DNA from: Lingula anatina
Taxonomy: Eukaryota; Animalia; Brachiopoda
Assembly: GCA_051362555.1 (NCBI GenBank)
Contig: CM120640.1
Span: 37,095,967 to 37,159,966, forward strand
Length of the DNA: 64,000 nucleotides
Direction: 5' to 3'
In this document: positions 1 to 15,000 of the stretch, one piece after another
How positions within the stretch are numbered: the stretch's first letter is position 1
Layout of the letters: every line of letters starts with the position of its first letter
The notes under the pieces: model-generated
The model's database searches: none
The model's input: the letters and a program-made list of their open reading frames with translations, nothing else
What the model was told of the DNA's origin: nothing
Program-made: the position numbers and the translations under genes

Positions 1-34
1 TTTACAGCTTTGACCTTTTTATTGTCCCTTTTAG

Positions 35-3000
35 GTGATGGTGTTTGTCCATGCCAGGAATGAGACTGTGCGCACAGCTATGTGTCTGAGAGAGATCTCA
101 AAGAACAATGGAGAAGCTGGCTTCTTTGAGCCCGAGACAGGGCCAGCCTTTGGAGATGCCTTGAAAGCAGTGAGTTTGAAAAGTCACTGGTTTAACAACA
201 GTAGTTATGGCAGTATAATACATCTTGCAGTATGAAAATGAGTGTAAAGAGTGATGAATCAGTCTTCTTTAATGACATAATGAATCTGTTTTAAAATAGA
301 CCAGTAATTGTTGTAGTGAACTTCTATGCATTTATCATTAATTGAAGTGAACCTATATTTTTGGTCTGAAAGTGACACCTAACTGACGTTTTTATATAAA
401 ATGCCCCCTCTCCCCCCAATCTGGATAATTTGATAAAAGGTTGAACTTGTAATTTCTTAACTTCAACTCTGAAAAATTGGGGAGGGTAAAAATAAAATTC
501 ATTCACACTTCTTCTAAGTATGTTTTTTCCTCCAGATATCAAAATCCAGAAACAAACAGTTAAAAGAACTATTTCCTGATGGCTTTGGCATTCACCATGC
601 AGGGATGTTGCGCCAAGATCGAAATTTGGTGGAGAAATACTTTGCAGCAGGTCACATGAGAGTGCTGGTGTGCACAGCAACACTGGCCTGGGGTGTCAAC
701 CTACCTGCTCATGCTGTGGTCATCAAGGTAGGTGTCTTAAAAACTGGGGACTGTAGCACAAAAATGAAACTTTTGAGGCCTATTTCTGATAATAAAATTC
801 GATAGCCAGCTGCGTAATGTCACTTTTGTGATATTGGTATTAGTGTGATTCATGAGGGATTGTCCTCTAAGAATGTAGCTAATGTGCCTAGATTTGCTAT
901 TCTCATCTCTGACAGTAAAAAGCCACTGTTCAGACAATCACACTTTGCTGTGTTATTGAAAGATGTAAAAAAATGTTAGCAGCTTGTAAGATTTAACATA
1001 GAAGGTTGTAATTCTTTGCAGAGACTAAGACATTAATTGTTTTGTGAAACAGGTGCATAGGTTGTAAAACCATGCCAACTTACTGCCTTGTGTAGGGAGA
1101 AATTATGAAGAAATGATCTTCCAATAATAACAGTTCTTCAAGTTTAAACACTTTTTAAAGGTCATTAAAGACATCCTCCGGTTTAATGTTTATACTCCAA
1201 AAGATCAGCTAAGGAATGTGACTGGACGTTTATGCATTATGTTTGAACACACAGTAAAAAAAAAAAAATTCCCCTTTGTCTCCAGGGTACTCAAATTTAT
1301 GATGCCAAGAGAGGATCATTTGTAGACCTGGGCATACTGGATGTAATGCAGATATTTGGGCGCGCTGGACGACCCCAGTATGACAAGTCTGGCCATGGCA
1401 CCATCATTACAGCTCATGATAAGCTGTCTCACTATCTATCCCTGATGACGAGACAAAACCCCATAGAAAGCCAGTTCATTGGAAGCCTGACAGATAACCT
1501 CAATGCCGAGGTAAGGGCATATGGCAGTTATCACTTTAGTGGTTATTGATTTTGTTGATGGATTACTTGTAATAGAAAATTAAATTATATGAAAATTGAT
1601 CAGTATTGTCTTTGTGCATACATAACTAGTACCAATCAGAAGAGATTTTTACATTAAGAAAACCTGATTTATTTGTTTATTTATTTTTGAAATATATTGT
1701 GTTGTATTAACATTGACATCTGATATTTAGTTTTACTTCAGTGTTATTAATTTTGTAGGGTTATATAATTTAACTTGTAAACATGGTATTTGAAAATCTT
1801 TCCTGTTTGTTAGAACTGTATTTTAGGGTTACGTAAACAGGCACATGTCTAAACATGTAACATGTTTTGTTGCATAGGTTACTTGCTGGAATTTTTTTAA
1901 TTTTTATTCCATTAATTGGTTGTTCATAAATTCTACACGTTAATCTAGATTCTAATTATTTTTTACTACAGATTTCTCTTGGCACTGTCACAAATGTGGA
2001 TGAAGCAGTGAAATGGCTGAGCTATACCTACCTGTATGTTAGGATGAGATTCAACCCACTTGCCTATGGCATTACTATCAAGGCAGCACAGGTTAACAGT
2101 AGTGTTGTAGAAATAAGAGCTTGTTATTAGAAAGTAGAAGTAAGAGCTTGTTTTTATGTTTCTAATGACAACCCTTTTTTATCTGTGGTGGACACATTTT
2201 GTTGCAAGGCGTAGTAAAACAACTTGTTTGTTCTTGAAAATCTGTTTCTTTTTAAGTAGTATTCATCAATTTATTGCTGCAGACAAAAAAATTAATATAC
2301 TACATGACAAGGTGAAGCCAAAAAGAAAGGCAGTTTAAAGAGCCAAGCACAGAATCTAAATGTTCTCATTGGTTTATATATAGGATGACCCTGGTTTGGA
2401 GAAACATAGAAGAGATTTGATAGTAAATGCAGCCAAGCAGTTAGACAAGAACAGGATGATCCGGTTTGAAGATGCTACAGGTTATTTGTTTGCAACTGAC
2501 CTTGGCCGAACTTCTAGTCACTTCTACATCAAGTATGACACTGTAGAGGTAGGGATGTTTTCTCATTTAAATAGGCATGCGTGAAAAACATTTGCATATA
2601 CTAGATATTGTCTAGGGCCCAGCTGTTATATATGCCCTTGAACAGATCATTCAAGGCACACCTTCAAAAAGCATGGTCGGACAGAGTGCAGAGCTCAGCT
2701 TTGTGAATGCAGCAAGACCAGGGAATCATTGACAAACTGCCCACAGCAGCTGACCAGGTGGTCATCGCTAGGATAGTATCATCTTGGAATAATGTGTCAT
2801 TTGAGACAACTAGAATCATGAGGTCATGAAAGAGGGAGTCGATCCAAAATGAAGTCCCAGAGGTTTTGAATGATAGTGATGAGAATGGCGAATTTTTGGT
2901 TTTGATTATGATGGAAAAGAAGTTGCTGACTTTGGCCACATAACCAAGCAAAGGAATCAAATTTGTGCATGTATTTTTTTTTTGATATATTTGTTTTGAG

Positions 3001-6000
3001 AATCTTCCAATTACATATGTATATTGTAAAAGCTACCTATTTTAATTTTTTGATTGAAATTTCCTGGAATTTGAAATCTTCATAGCATCTGATATTGACT
3101 GTTACAGGGTAATAGAAGAGCTGAGCTCTATCTATGATTTGTTTTATTAACTTGCTAATTAAAGTAATTCATTAAGTTCAGAAATCAGAAGAGACTGTGA
3201 AATTTACACAGGCATTTCTTTCTTCATTAAACTTCAATTTCAGGTTATAAATGAGATGTTGAAGGCCATCATGACAGAGGCTGATGTCCTTACCTTGGTG
3301 TCAAATGCACAAGAGTTTGAGCAAATCAAGGTACAGGATAGATGTAGTGGATTGCCTAACCTATCACTTATTTCAACCAGAGAACTTTTGATTCTCTGCC
3401 ACATTTAACTTGACATTGAGACAATCTGCACAGAGACATACTTAAAACTATTCTTAGCACTTCCTGGATAGCTAGAATTTTCACATTTAGCAGTCTTACT
3501 TATTGAAATACTTCTTATGTCTTTGCAGAATAAGTGTTGTCAAATATAAGGGTTGTGTTTCTGACATTGCATAGCAAAAATAAAAGGAAAGAAGTTCTAA
3601 ACAAAAATACCTCCTAGCATAGTCAAACCCTTGTGGTGGTTGTTCTTGTTTGATTGTTGGGCACAGTAATGGAGATTATGTTTTTATAACTTTTAGGTTC
3701 GTGATGAAGAATTAGACGAGTTGGATTTTCACCACTTGGAGTCCTGCCCTCTGCCTGCAGCGGGAGGCACAGAGAATACCTACGGCAAAGTGAACATTCT
3801 TCTACAGACCTACATCTCCAGAGGGAACGTGGACAGTTTCTCCCTGGTGTCAGATATGAGCTATGTAGCACAGGTCAGCCAGTGAGCGTCATTCAAAGTG
3901 ACCAGTATTGTGTAGACTTTGCCATAACAGATTTATATACCTTTTGCACTATTCTGACTCCCACCTCTGCTTTTTTTTGTATTTTAAGGTGAAAAATAAC
4001 ATAGAAAAAATCTGTTAGATTGGAATGTACCTGTATGGTGTAAAATGGCTTGGTCATGGAATTCATTTATTGATATCTGTCATTAAGTTTTTCCTAGCTG
4101 TAAGTGAATACTGTGCAATTTCAGAATGCGGCTAGGATAATGAGGGCTCTCTTTGAAGTGGTCCTGCGGAAAGGCTGGCCTATTATGGCAGGTCGTATAC
4201 TTGCTATGAGCAAGACCATAGACAAACGAATGTGGGGCTGGGAGAACCCCCTACGCCAATTTTCCATCTTGACCCCGGAAATTTTGCATAAACTGGAAGC
4301 CAAGAAGATACCCATTGATAAATTAAGGGAAATGGACTCTAAAGAGATTGGCATGTAGTATTATATATCATTAGAAATCGTGAATCATTGTTTAAAAGGC
4401 AAAAATGATATGTAGTTTAATTTTTTTAAATAGAAACTTTAAAAAAGAATGTTAAATTACTTTGCATACAATATATGAATTTTTAAGTCTGTTGAGTCCA
4501 AAACAGGTTCTCTGTTTTTTATTCATTTAATTGTAGAATTTGTAAATGTGTGTAAGTGATGATTTAGAGAGGTTGCATTAACTTGATGTTATCCTCACCG
4601 TCTTCACTGAGCAACTGGAGGTGACCATAAAATTTGACAGATTCACATTTGATTAAGAACTTAGAGGATGACTCATTCAGTTAATAAAGCAAGTCAGCAC
4701 AAAAAATGTTTGATGATAATTTTTTTGACACATTTTGAATATCTTTTTCCAGGTATTTTAATCCACCACCAAAGAATGGGTCCCGTGGTGAAGAAATGTG
4801 TCTCTCAGTTTCCCACATTGGGATTGGACGCCAGTATTCAACCCATCACCCGCACGGTTCTCCGTGTGCGTCTGACCATCACTGCAGAGTTCTCATGGAG
4901 TGACAAGGTCCATGGGAAGACTGGGGAGCCATTTTGGATTTGGGTTGAGGATCCAGAGACCAACCACATTTACCATTCTGAATACTTTATGATGCACAAG
5001 AAAATGGTAGGTCTCCCTGTGTGTTACTGATACTGAAACCAATTTTAAACAGTTAGGAATGTCACCTTTTGTCTGTTTTTAGTAACCATAGTCATTCTGT
5101 GCTTCTTGTACAACAGCAAGTTAAGGCTCCTCAGACTATGTATATTTGGATTTTAGCATACAAGAAGCAAATTCTAGCTGTGGAACAAATAGAAATACTC
5201 TAGAATGACCTATAGACAAAACCATATAGTGAATTTGGACCATTCCATTCTTTGCTGATATATATAACAAACGTAACTTGTGCTGCACTGTCAGATATCA
5301 GCATTACTAATAGTTTTCCTGACATCATTAGGTAGTGACAGAAGAGCCGCAGCAGCTAGTGTTCACCATTCCAATCTTTGAGCCTCTGCCCACCCAGTAC
5401 TATGTACGTGCAATATCGGACAGATGGATAGGGTCAGAGTTCACTAGTGCCATATCATTCCAGCATCTGATTCTTCCTGAGAGACATCCTCCACATACAG
5501 GTTATTTGCTACATTTGATTTGGTTTCAACTTTATCAGTAGATATCAATTAGTAGACTCTAAATTATGGAAAAATAATATTATTGCTTTATACCATATTT
5601 GGAATCTGTATTCCAATCCAAAATTTGCCAACATGAATTTTACTACGTTAAAAAGTTATATATGTCCAGCATAGACCAATTTGAATACAGTAGACATGAA
5701 AGCTATCAAAAATTTGAGCTATTTGTACAGTGAGCCAATTGTTTTTTGACAACTGATTAAGAACAGATACAACTCATAGATGAACATTAGATTTGATAAA
5801 TGCTTAAGGAGATATTTTGTAATATAAAAAAAAATTATCTGATGACACTTTATTTTAAATGAGATTTTTGTCTTATTCATTTTGAAAACTAACTTGCATT
5901 CCAGACCTGTTAGATCTGCAGCCTTTGCCAGTCTCTGCACTCAATGACCCCCAACTAGAACAGATGTATTCATTCAGTCATTTTAACCCAGTACAGACAC

Positions 6001-9000
6001 AGATATTCCACACCCTGTATCACACAGACTACAATGTGCTGCTGGGGGCCCCAACAGGCTCTGGGAAGACTGTGGCAGCAGAACTAGCCATATTCAGGGT
6101 GTTCAGAATGTACCCAAATGCCAAGGTAGACAAATTGTGAAAACTGCAACAGTCAAAAAATATTTAGTTTAACTTATTGCTGAAAAAGTAATTATCTTAG
6201 GAAGTTTCCTAGTTGAATGTGTAATAGATTTTTTTTGAGATTCCCATTTACAGGTTTTTAAAATTGTCATTGGTTTCTAAGGAAGCCATACAATAAACAC
6301 TTTTAAAGCAGACATTCTTCACAAAATCATGAATCATTAAATCAAGTTATTCAATTGTTTTTTTAGTTATATGTGAGCTTAAAATGATGCTTTAACTCTT
6401 GTATTTCAGGCAGTCTACATTGCCCCATTAAAGGCACTGGTCAGAGAGAGAATGGAAGATTGGAAAGTCAGAGTAGAACAAAAACTGGGCAAAAAGTAGG
6501 GCTTTTATATATAACTTCACTGCATGACTTTAAGTTTGACAAATTCTCCTGACCCCATTCATATTTCATTCATCATCATCATCATCATCATTTAGAGCCT
6601 ATAGTGTTCCACTGTTGGACAAAGGCCTCAGCATGCTTTTTCCATTGTTTCCTATCCTGAGCCTCAGATTTCCAGTTTGGCCAAGGTTTCTTCTTCCACG
6701 ATTTCCAGTAGTCATCTAATTCATCCCTCCATCGTTTCACTGGCCTTCCTCTTTTTCTTTGTCCATACCTTGGGGTCCATTCTGTAAGCCTGATTGTCCA
6801 CCTATTGTCCTTCATTCTTTTGACATGTCCTGCCCACCTCCATTTCATTTCTTTAACTGTGAGCAGTACGTCCTTCACTTTGGTCTGTTCACGTAACCAT
6901 ACATTCGTTTTCCGCTCTCTTGGATTAATGTTCAACATAATTCTTTCCATCTTTCTCTGAGCTACTTGTATAAATATTGCATATTTCATTGCTCAAGCTT
7001 TATACCTTACCTATTCATAAGTCTATTGTAATTACCCATAAATTTCTACTACCATAATATATCTGATTTTGTTTGTCAAAAAATGTTCTTTAAACTTCAT
7101 GATTGTGTTATCTGAAAAGGACCATAAGCCTGGAATGAAATATAATTTTTTTCTGTGATTATCCAAATATTCAAGGCCAGTTAAGAAAAATAAATTTAAC
7201 ATTTTGGAAGTTTACATGATTTCACTGCTATAATATAATTTATAATATTATAGACAATAATAACTTTTATAACATGAATACAATATTAATAAGTTTAAAT
7301 GTTTTCAGGGTAGTGGAGCTAACTGGAGATGTGACTCCGGACATGCGAGCGGTCAGTAACGCTGACCTGATTGTGACTACACCAGAGAAATGGGATGGCA
7401 TCAGCAGATCCTGGCAGACTCGCAGTTATGTGAAAGCTGTGGCTCTATTGGTCATTGATGAAATTCATCTGTTAGGTATGTTTTGATCTTTATGCATGTG
7501 TTTTTTGATAATTTGATAAAAAGGAAAAAGTTTCTTTATAATTGCTTGACTGTGTAAAATATAAACAGCTAGCCTGAAATTTAAGCCTCTTCTAGAGCTA
7601 TCTGAACTCATTTTAAACTATGACTCACTGATTAAGAGCCTAATCAACATTTTTCAAAAGCTTACACCTCCATCAAAATATTCATTGGGTTAATAGGAGA
7701 TTTGTTGATTTTTTAGATCAAAATCTGACATACCTTTTGTTCACAATTTGACTGCTAGATGTCCCGTGAACGCATTCCAAGATAAACATATATTTTACCA
7801 TCACTTTAAACTTGTACTAGGATTTCAGTTTCAAGAATGCCACATTAAAACAAGCAAAAAGATCTGTAAAATGTGTAGAGTAATTGTTAATGCATAAGAA
7901 TGTGTAATTTTACTTAGTATTAATTAAATGTTTGTTATGATGCATTTATCGTATCAAGTAAATGAATTATTATTATTTTTAATTAAAAATTTATAATTTT
8001 ATTACTATATATTTATGATAGGTGAGGACCGTGGTCCAGTGTTGGAGGTCATTGTGTCTAGGACAAACTTCATTTCTTCTCATACAGAGAAACAAGTGCG
8101 GGTGGTAGGTCTCTCTACAGCACTGGCTAATGCCAGAGATCTAGCAGACTGGCTTGGAATTAAACAGGTAAGTTGTGTGTGTTTTGGATAGTTATACCTG
8201 ACAAAGAAGGACTTGAAGGCTGTCTTTTTTAAGGATTGAATCATGACCTAATTCTTATGCTGAAATGAGGTGGGAGTCACGTTAGTGCAACATTTGCTGA
8301 AAATGTGCTTAAAATTTTCCCTAACTTTTCTCATCTTGCTATTAAAGACCTTTATATTAAGTAACGATGATTCAAAATTATTTAATATTTTTTCATTGTT
8401 ATTAAATAGGTTTTCTTTTTTAGTATTTTTTTTAGTATTTTTTTTAGTATTTTTTTAAAGTATTTTTTTAGTATTTGAAATCCTGTTTTTACACCAGCTG
8501 TTTGAGATATTACATCTCAAGATATTCTATGGCCACAAAAGTATTGAAGCCAGGAACATTTTATGATTATTTTATTTGCTACTCTCTCTAATTGAAAAAA
8601 ATTGCCAATGTCTTTTTTTATTTTGGCCAAATGTTATTAGCCATTGTGAAGTCTGCACTACACATAACTGATCATTTTTCAGACTCAAAAATGTACAGTA
8701 CAGCATGACTCTATCATTTAGCAAATTTTAAGGGCTTTTTACAGTAATGGGGATTAAAAGATACTATCCAGAGGTTTATAGAAGGATCAAATACCATTGC
8801 TAGCATTTTTAGCCTAGCAACAATATGCTTCCATCTTTTTTAGGTTGGCTTGTTTAACTTCCGCCCTTCTGTGCGTCCAGTGCCCCTTGAGGTTCATATC
8901 TCTGGGTTTCCTGGAAAACACTACTGTCCAAGGATGGCAACCATGAATAAACCAACTTATCAAGGTGAGGAAACACACCTGTTGTCTTCTATTGCATTGT

Positions 9001-12000
9001 TAATGGCAGCAATGGTGTTCAGCAAACAATAATGGTAATGTCACTAATGCAGCTCTCTGAGCATCATATGAGGTGGTGTGACATGGTTTGAATTTGTTTA
9101 CTGAACTGTCTTTTGCAAGCAGAGGACATAATTTTTGCAAAGTATTGTAAAATATATTTTTTAATATTAATGTAAGTATAAGCACTGGTCTCAAAGGGAT
9201 TGCCTCAAATTAGTGAGGGTGGGCAGGCTAATAAAAAAAAACTCATCCTAAGTAGACATTAAATTACAGTGTTGGATGAGCTTTTTTGTAATGAAGTGTT
9301 CATATAATGGCCTGTCTCTATATGTAATGGTAAGGTCCCCTAATGCAGCTTAGCTAATATATGACTTGATCTTGGCTTCAAAGAATATCCTTTTATTTTA
9401 TTTTTTTAAGATCTCTCTTATGCTGTCTACATAGCCTCAGTCTGTTAGTAATAAGAGTTATGTATAACATTCTGCATGTCTCAAAACTATTTTTGCTTGT
9501 AAAACTGAAATTGGACAAACAAACAAACAGAATCTGATATTTTCACAAAGTCAAAGTCATAGCAGGTATTAGACTGAATGTTAGACAAGTTACAGCCCGT
9601 AGTATGTTTAATTACTTTTGCTTGTTAAGAATGCCAGTATACTTTCTCAGTAAAAGACTTTGGGGAAAAAAACAGTGGGGTTTGTATTAGTTTAGCTAAG
9701 TTGATGTTTTTTTATGAATAATGTTGTTTTAGTATTGTAAAATGGGGTGTGTTGTACATATTTTATTCATTGTTTCCATAGAATTTATGTCTCCTTGATC
9801 TAAGCTAATTGAATATAACAGCATGCAAAATCATGTAACAAACACAAGTATGATGTTCGAAATTTGGCCGATGATGGCCGCATTTATTGAAAGTCCCAGT
9901 ATTAAAAGAAATGAAGCGGATGGATACTAAACGCTGAATAGTGTTAACATAAGACATAGAACATTTATGTGTGGGCCTGAAATATCTACATATAAAATAA
10001 AATTTCCAAAGAGGTATTACCTAGTTGGTCTGAAATGCTCAATAAATGAACTTGATCAATCAGATTTGATTCTTAAAACTTTTTATGTGCATAGCCATGC
10101 CTTTGTTATACTCCCAATCATAATTTATGCCTTTGTTCATACATTTAAACAAGGCTCAGCTCAGTGAAATCGTACAGAGATAAATAATGATCATGATGTT
10201 TATAATGAACATTTGCATGAAGGCTAATTAGTGGGGAATAGTGATAATGCTAACATACATTTATGTGATATATGAGTGCTCAGGCTGTTTCCTTATCCTC
10301 ATAAGATATCATTAATGGGACTATTTATGCCTGAGGGTTTCCTCTTGTCCTTTGTTACATAAGAATGCTTATGGAAGGTGTAGCAGGGTCTATAGTAACA
10401 AGCTGTATTGAGGAACCTTACCTTTACATATAGAGACAGGCCATTACATGAACACTTCGTTACAAAAAAGTTAATCCAAATTGTAATCTAATTGCTATAG
10501 AGAACCATTATAATTTATGATATATAATTGATGATTTAAGATAAATTGAAAGTTGTCATGAATTAGTAATTATCCAAATGATGATCTGCCTCTAAGGTAC
10601 TTGTTATTTTGTCAAGAATTGTTTATAAGTCTCTGATTTTGAGCATTTTGTATTCACACTGAGAAACCCCTTCACTTACATTTTATGTTGTCACTTGTTT
10701 TTAGCTGTGAAAACCCACTCCCCTGGTAAACCAGCTCTCATATTTGTATCATCAAGGAGACAAACTCGCTTGACAGCTCTGGATTTGATTGCATATCTTG
10801 CAGCTGAGGATAACCCCAAGCAATGGTTGCATATGCCAGAAATGGAGGTGAGAGAGAGAGAGAGAGGGGGGGGGGCAGATGGACAGAATGATAGGATATT
10901 TTTATTAATGGGTTTTTACATATTATGAACTTATTGACTCACATTGATTCATCGCCGTAGGCATTGTTTTAGATGTTATCTTAGTAGCAGCCATGTGATG
11001 TAAATGTCCATTTATAATGGCACATGAGAACCCCTTAGGGAACTCTCATCGATGAAATATTGTGTATATAAAATTATATATATATGTATACTTGTCATCT
11101 ATGCTAAAAGCCCTCATTGTGCGGGCAATAGGGCATCAATGCAGAATAGACATTTTTCAGCCAGGATACATGAATCAAGATTAACATTTTAGCTACAGAT
11201 AGCAAGGTGTGATTTTCCGAGATGGGATTAAGAAGGAGTGTTGGAAGACCAAAATTTATCATAAATTTTTCTTCATTTCTGTTTACCCTGCTGTTGGTAT
11301 ATCTCCTAATGGTTACAACTTTTGTATTGGAGTCGGTGTTACAGGCACCTCAGTCTAGCAGTAGACTAGCACAAACAATGGAAGAACTGGAAGAATTGTT
11401 GAGAAATTCCACCAAAACAGAGAGAAAGTTTGACAGGCTGCCTGATGTCATAAGCAAAGAACTAGATATAAAAATGAATCTTGCAACTTTACAGCAAAGT
11501 GTTTCTGTGGGTCTCCATAATGGAGAACTTGATCAGAAGAGAAGAGAAAAGCTCACAGAATGGAAAAATGTTATTATGAAGAAGACAGCAAATGTTCAAG
11601 GCAAGGACTTAACTCAACAAGCCACCTTTTCAAGTTTTCATCAAAGAGACAAAAGCCACAAGAACCCAAAAATGACAACTCTAGTGAACAAATGTCCAGA
11701 GATTGAGACCGATTTTCATGAGTTTGATATTGGTGAATTACAACCAGGTGTAGCACAGATATTTGATAAAGCTAAAAAAGATTTCAAAATAAGAAGTCCT
11801 TTAAAGTTAACAATTCATGCCTATTCGGCTTACTTAGATCACAGGAAGTTGGAAACAGTTGGAAAAATTCATATAAGAATATTTCTTTTACAGCCACGCA
11901 ATATGAAAAAAAAGCTTTCATTCTTTTGTGAAATCAGCACAGAAAAAGGAACCTTTACTGCACCAGGAACATTTTATGAGATGAGTGAAAATCACGGAAG

Positions 12001-15000
12001 GTTATTTGGAGTTTTTATTTTAAACTGTGAATTTTCCAAGCAAGTTTTGGACTTACAACCTTGCAATGTGTCTGTTGTGTCCAAAGTTGATGGGAACAGG
12101 ACCAAAACACATGTTACCATGCCTTTAAGATATGTTTTTCCTGTGCCGAGGCAGTTGGATTTTGCTGTGTGTCTCCCGCCAGTGTTTGGTAATATCCAGC
12201 CAAATGTTTTTGTGGAATTTTTTGAGTTATCCAAGATTTTAGGAGCACAGCATTTTTATGTGTATGACTTCACTTCTTCAGAGAGTGTTCATAAGGTTTT
12301 TGATTACTACAAGAGACAAGGAGAACTCACAGTTTTAAAATGGAGCTTACCAACTAAAGCAGGTTCGTTGACATGGTACAAAGGTCAAAGTTTAGCTATA
12401 AACGACTGCATGTATCGAGCAATGGGCAAGGTTAAAACATTGGCAGTGAACGATTTAGATGAATTTATCATACCTAGGGATGGATCAACGTGGTATGATT
12501 TATTGGAGGGCATCAGCACTCCAAAAAGCTGCGGATATTGTTTTGAAATGTCCTTTTTTAGTCCCAATAAGGAAACTGTCCTGCCAGATACCATGTTATC
12601 TCAGACAGTTCTTGAAAGAAGCAATATGACCTGTGGGTTCAGAAGAAAATGTTTGGTTCACCCAGAGAAAGTGTATGAAAAAGGAATACACCATATAAGC
12701 AAGCAGATTGAAGAGGACTACATTCCTGTTGCTGTCAACAGTTCCTTAGCTCTCGTTCATCATTACCGAGCTTGTAAAAAATTCAGAAAATTTCAGTGTA
12801 GAAATACTACCACAGATGAAACTGCATTAAAATACAAGATGGATCTTGAAAGGAATTTCCATAGTACCTTGTATGAAATAGGATTGAAAAACTCAAGTCC
12901 ACTGCATTAAGCAGTATCAGGTGGTATTCACATACTGTTGTGTTGGAAATTTTAAAAAAATCAATGTAATAACCACCACAGCTGAGACTGTACCATTGAA
13001 ACATTAGAAAGATCTTAAGCACAATTTCCTTAATTAGTACTTTGTATGAAAAATAGGATTGAGAAACTCAAATTCACCATATTAGATAGTTTTTTTTTTT
13101 TTGGGGGGGGGGGGGGGTTCAAGTACATTTCTGTCTTATATGGTTAAACTGGAAAAAAATGAATTGCTGTAATACATTACAATTGTTCATTATGGTGTCT
13201 TATCATTTGTGATGCTAGCTAGTAAATTGACCTATTGTGAATCAGTCCTCTTCTGCCACTAATCCAATCATTGTGCACTATTTTTACAGAACCATCTTGC
13301 TTGTAAAATATACAGTCCTTTCCCACATTATACAGCCTATTTCCTATGGCAAACACAGGAGTGTTTTAGAGCAGGTGTATAGAAGAAAAGAAATTTGAGG
13401 CGAAAAAAAGGAAATGGCTCACGTTCATGAATCTTTGGGGATTAATTTTAGAAAACAGAAATAAAAGAGGCCCAATCATAATTCAGTCAATAGAAAGAAA
13501 AAGAGGGCCTGTCAGAATAGACTTCACATGCATTGTGAAGTTCTCATTGCTGATTGTACATGAATTATTAATGAACCCATTCAAATTCAGTAGCTGTGTG
13601 TGGTTTTCATTTAAATGCACAATTATTCAAGTCTGCAGCCCAGCATTATGCAATTATTGTTTTTGATAGATATATGATAACATGTTTTTTCTAGTGGATG
13701 TTTCCTAAAGCGAACAATTGATTTTTTACAATATTCCCCCATCTATTTATCCAAATGTTCATTTCCAAAAATAACCTATGTTTGAACAAGCATACACAAG
13801 TGATTACAAGGTCCATTAAAATTAAAAAGAGCTGTTGTTAATGAATATAATTGGTCATGGTTTTTTTACCATCTTGTTGGATTAGTTGGGACAAATATTG
13901 TGTAGAATAGTTGGAAAAGAGAACATAAATTATTTGGACAATGTATGGTTTTGCCACAAAGCAATGCTCATAAATAAGACATGACAAATGACCAATTTTG
14001 TAATAGACCACTATCTTATAGAATAAAAGAGGAAACCCAGACAACCTTTCTGATTAATGTCTGCCGATCTCAGTACAGAGTGTGGAATTTTCTATTTTTT
14101 TATTGAATGTTTGAAAATCTGGTCGTGATATCATTTATGACAGTGACAGATTCATTCAGCAGTGTTAATAATAATAATAATAATGGTAATAATAACTCAC
14201 AACCTGAAGATTAAAGTTCAACAAGAATGTGCCTAAAGGATTATGGAAATTACTCATGAAATTTTACGAAAAACAAAAAATACTACAACATTATATTATT
14301 TTGAATGAAAATAATTGAAAAGGTATTTATATTTGTGATACAAAAATGATGTTTTGTGAGTAACTGAGTAACTATTAATCTTCAAGAAATATTAAAATAG
14401 TAGGGTGTTTGGAATTTTTAATTAATTACCATTCATCTTTACCCTGACTGAACCCCCTTGGTGATGAACTAAAACTGCTTCCCCCCTTAATATTGTGAGG
14501 AATACCTTGTAACCCTAGGCCTATTTGATGTCACATGTTGGACAGTGCATGTTGATGGGTCATTTATGCTTTGTGACGGAATACCACATGCTTTATGGAG
14601 ATTTATCTGATGTTGAAGATATAAAGATGCCTGATTTATTATTTAAGCAGAGTTTTGAATTGATCTTGATTATAGTTTTTTTGTTCATGCAGATAAATGA
14701 AATATGCATAGATCACCACTGCCAGACTCTTTCATATGATTAGATGATAGTGGTGTGGAACAGAAAAACATTTGGGGAATTATACGTTGTAGTTGAAATA
14801 ATAACAATACAATTAAAGAAAATGATAAAGAAGTGCTTCACATTCCAGGAACCTATTGTTTCTTGAATATATGTAAGAATTGACAATCATATACCTGCTT
14901 TTTATCGGTATTGTCAATGTGGGTAGTGCTATCAATGGAAGTTTTTGTATTACTAGTGAAGAGTGTAAAGAGTCAGTGAAATCTTCTCCTTAGGTTGTAT

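Noticed and set aside
2664-2960. 98-aa minus-strand ORF as a gene
   Set aside because: No recognisable domain or splice support; better explained as antisense to a transposase relic
10848-11222. In-frame ASCC3-GT92 fusion protein
   Set aside because: There is a TGA at 11210 in the GT92 frame, and both candidate acceptors lead to early stops
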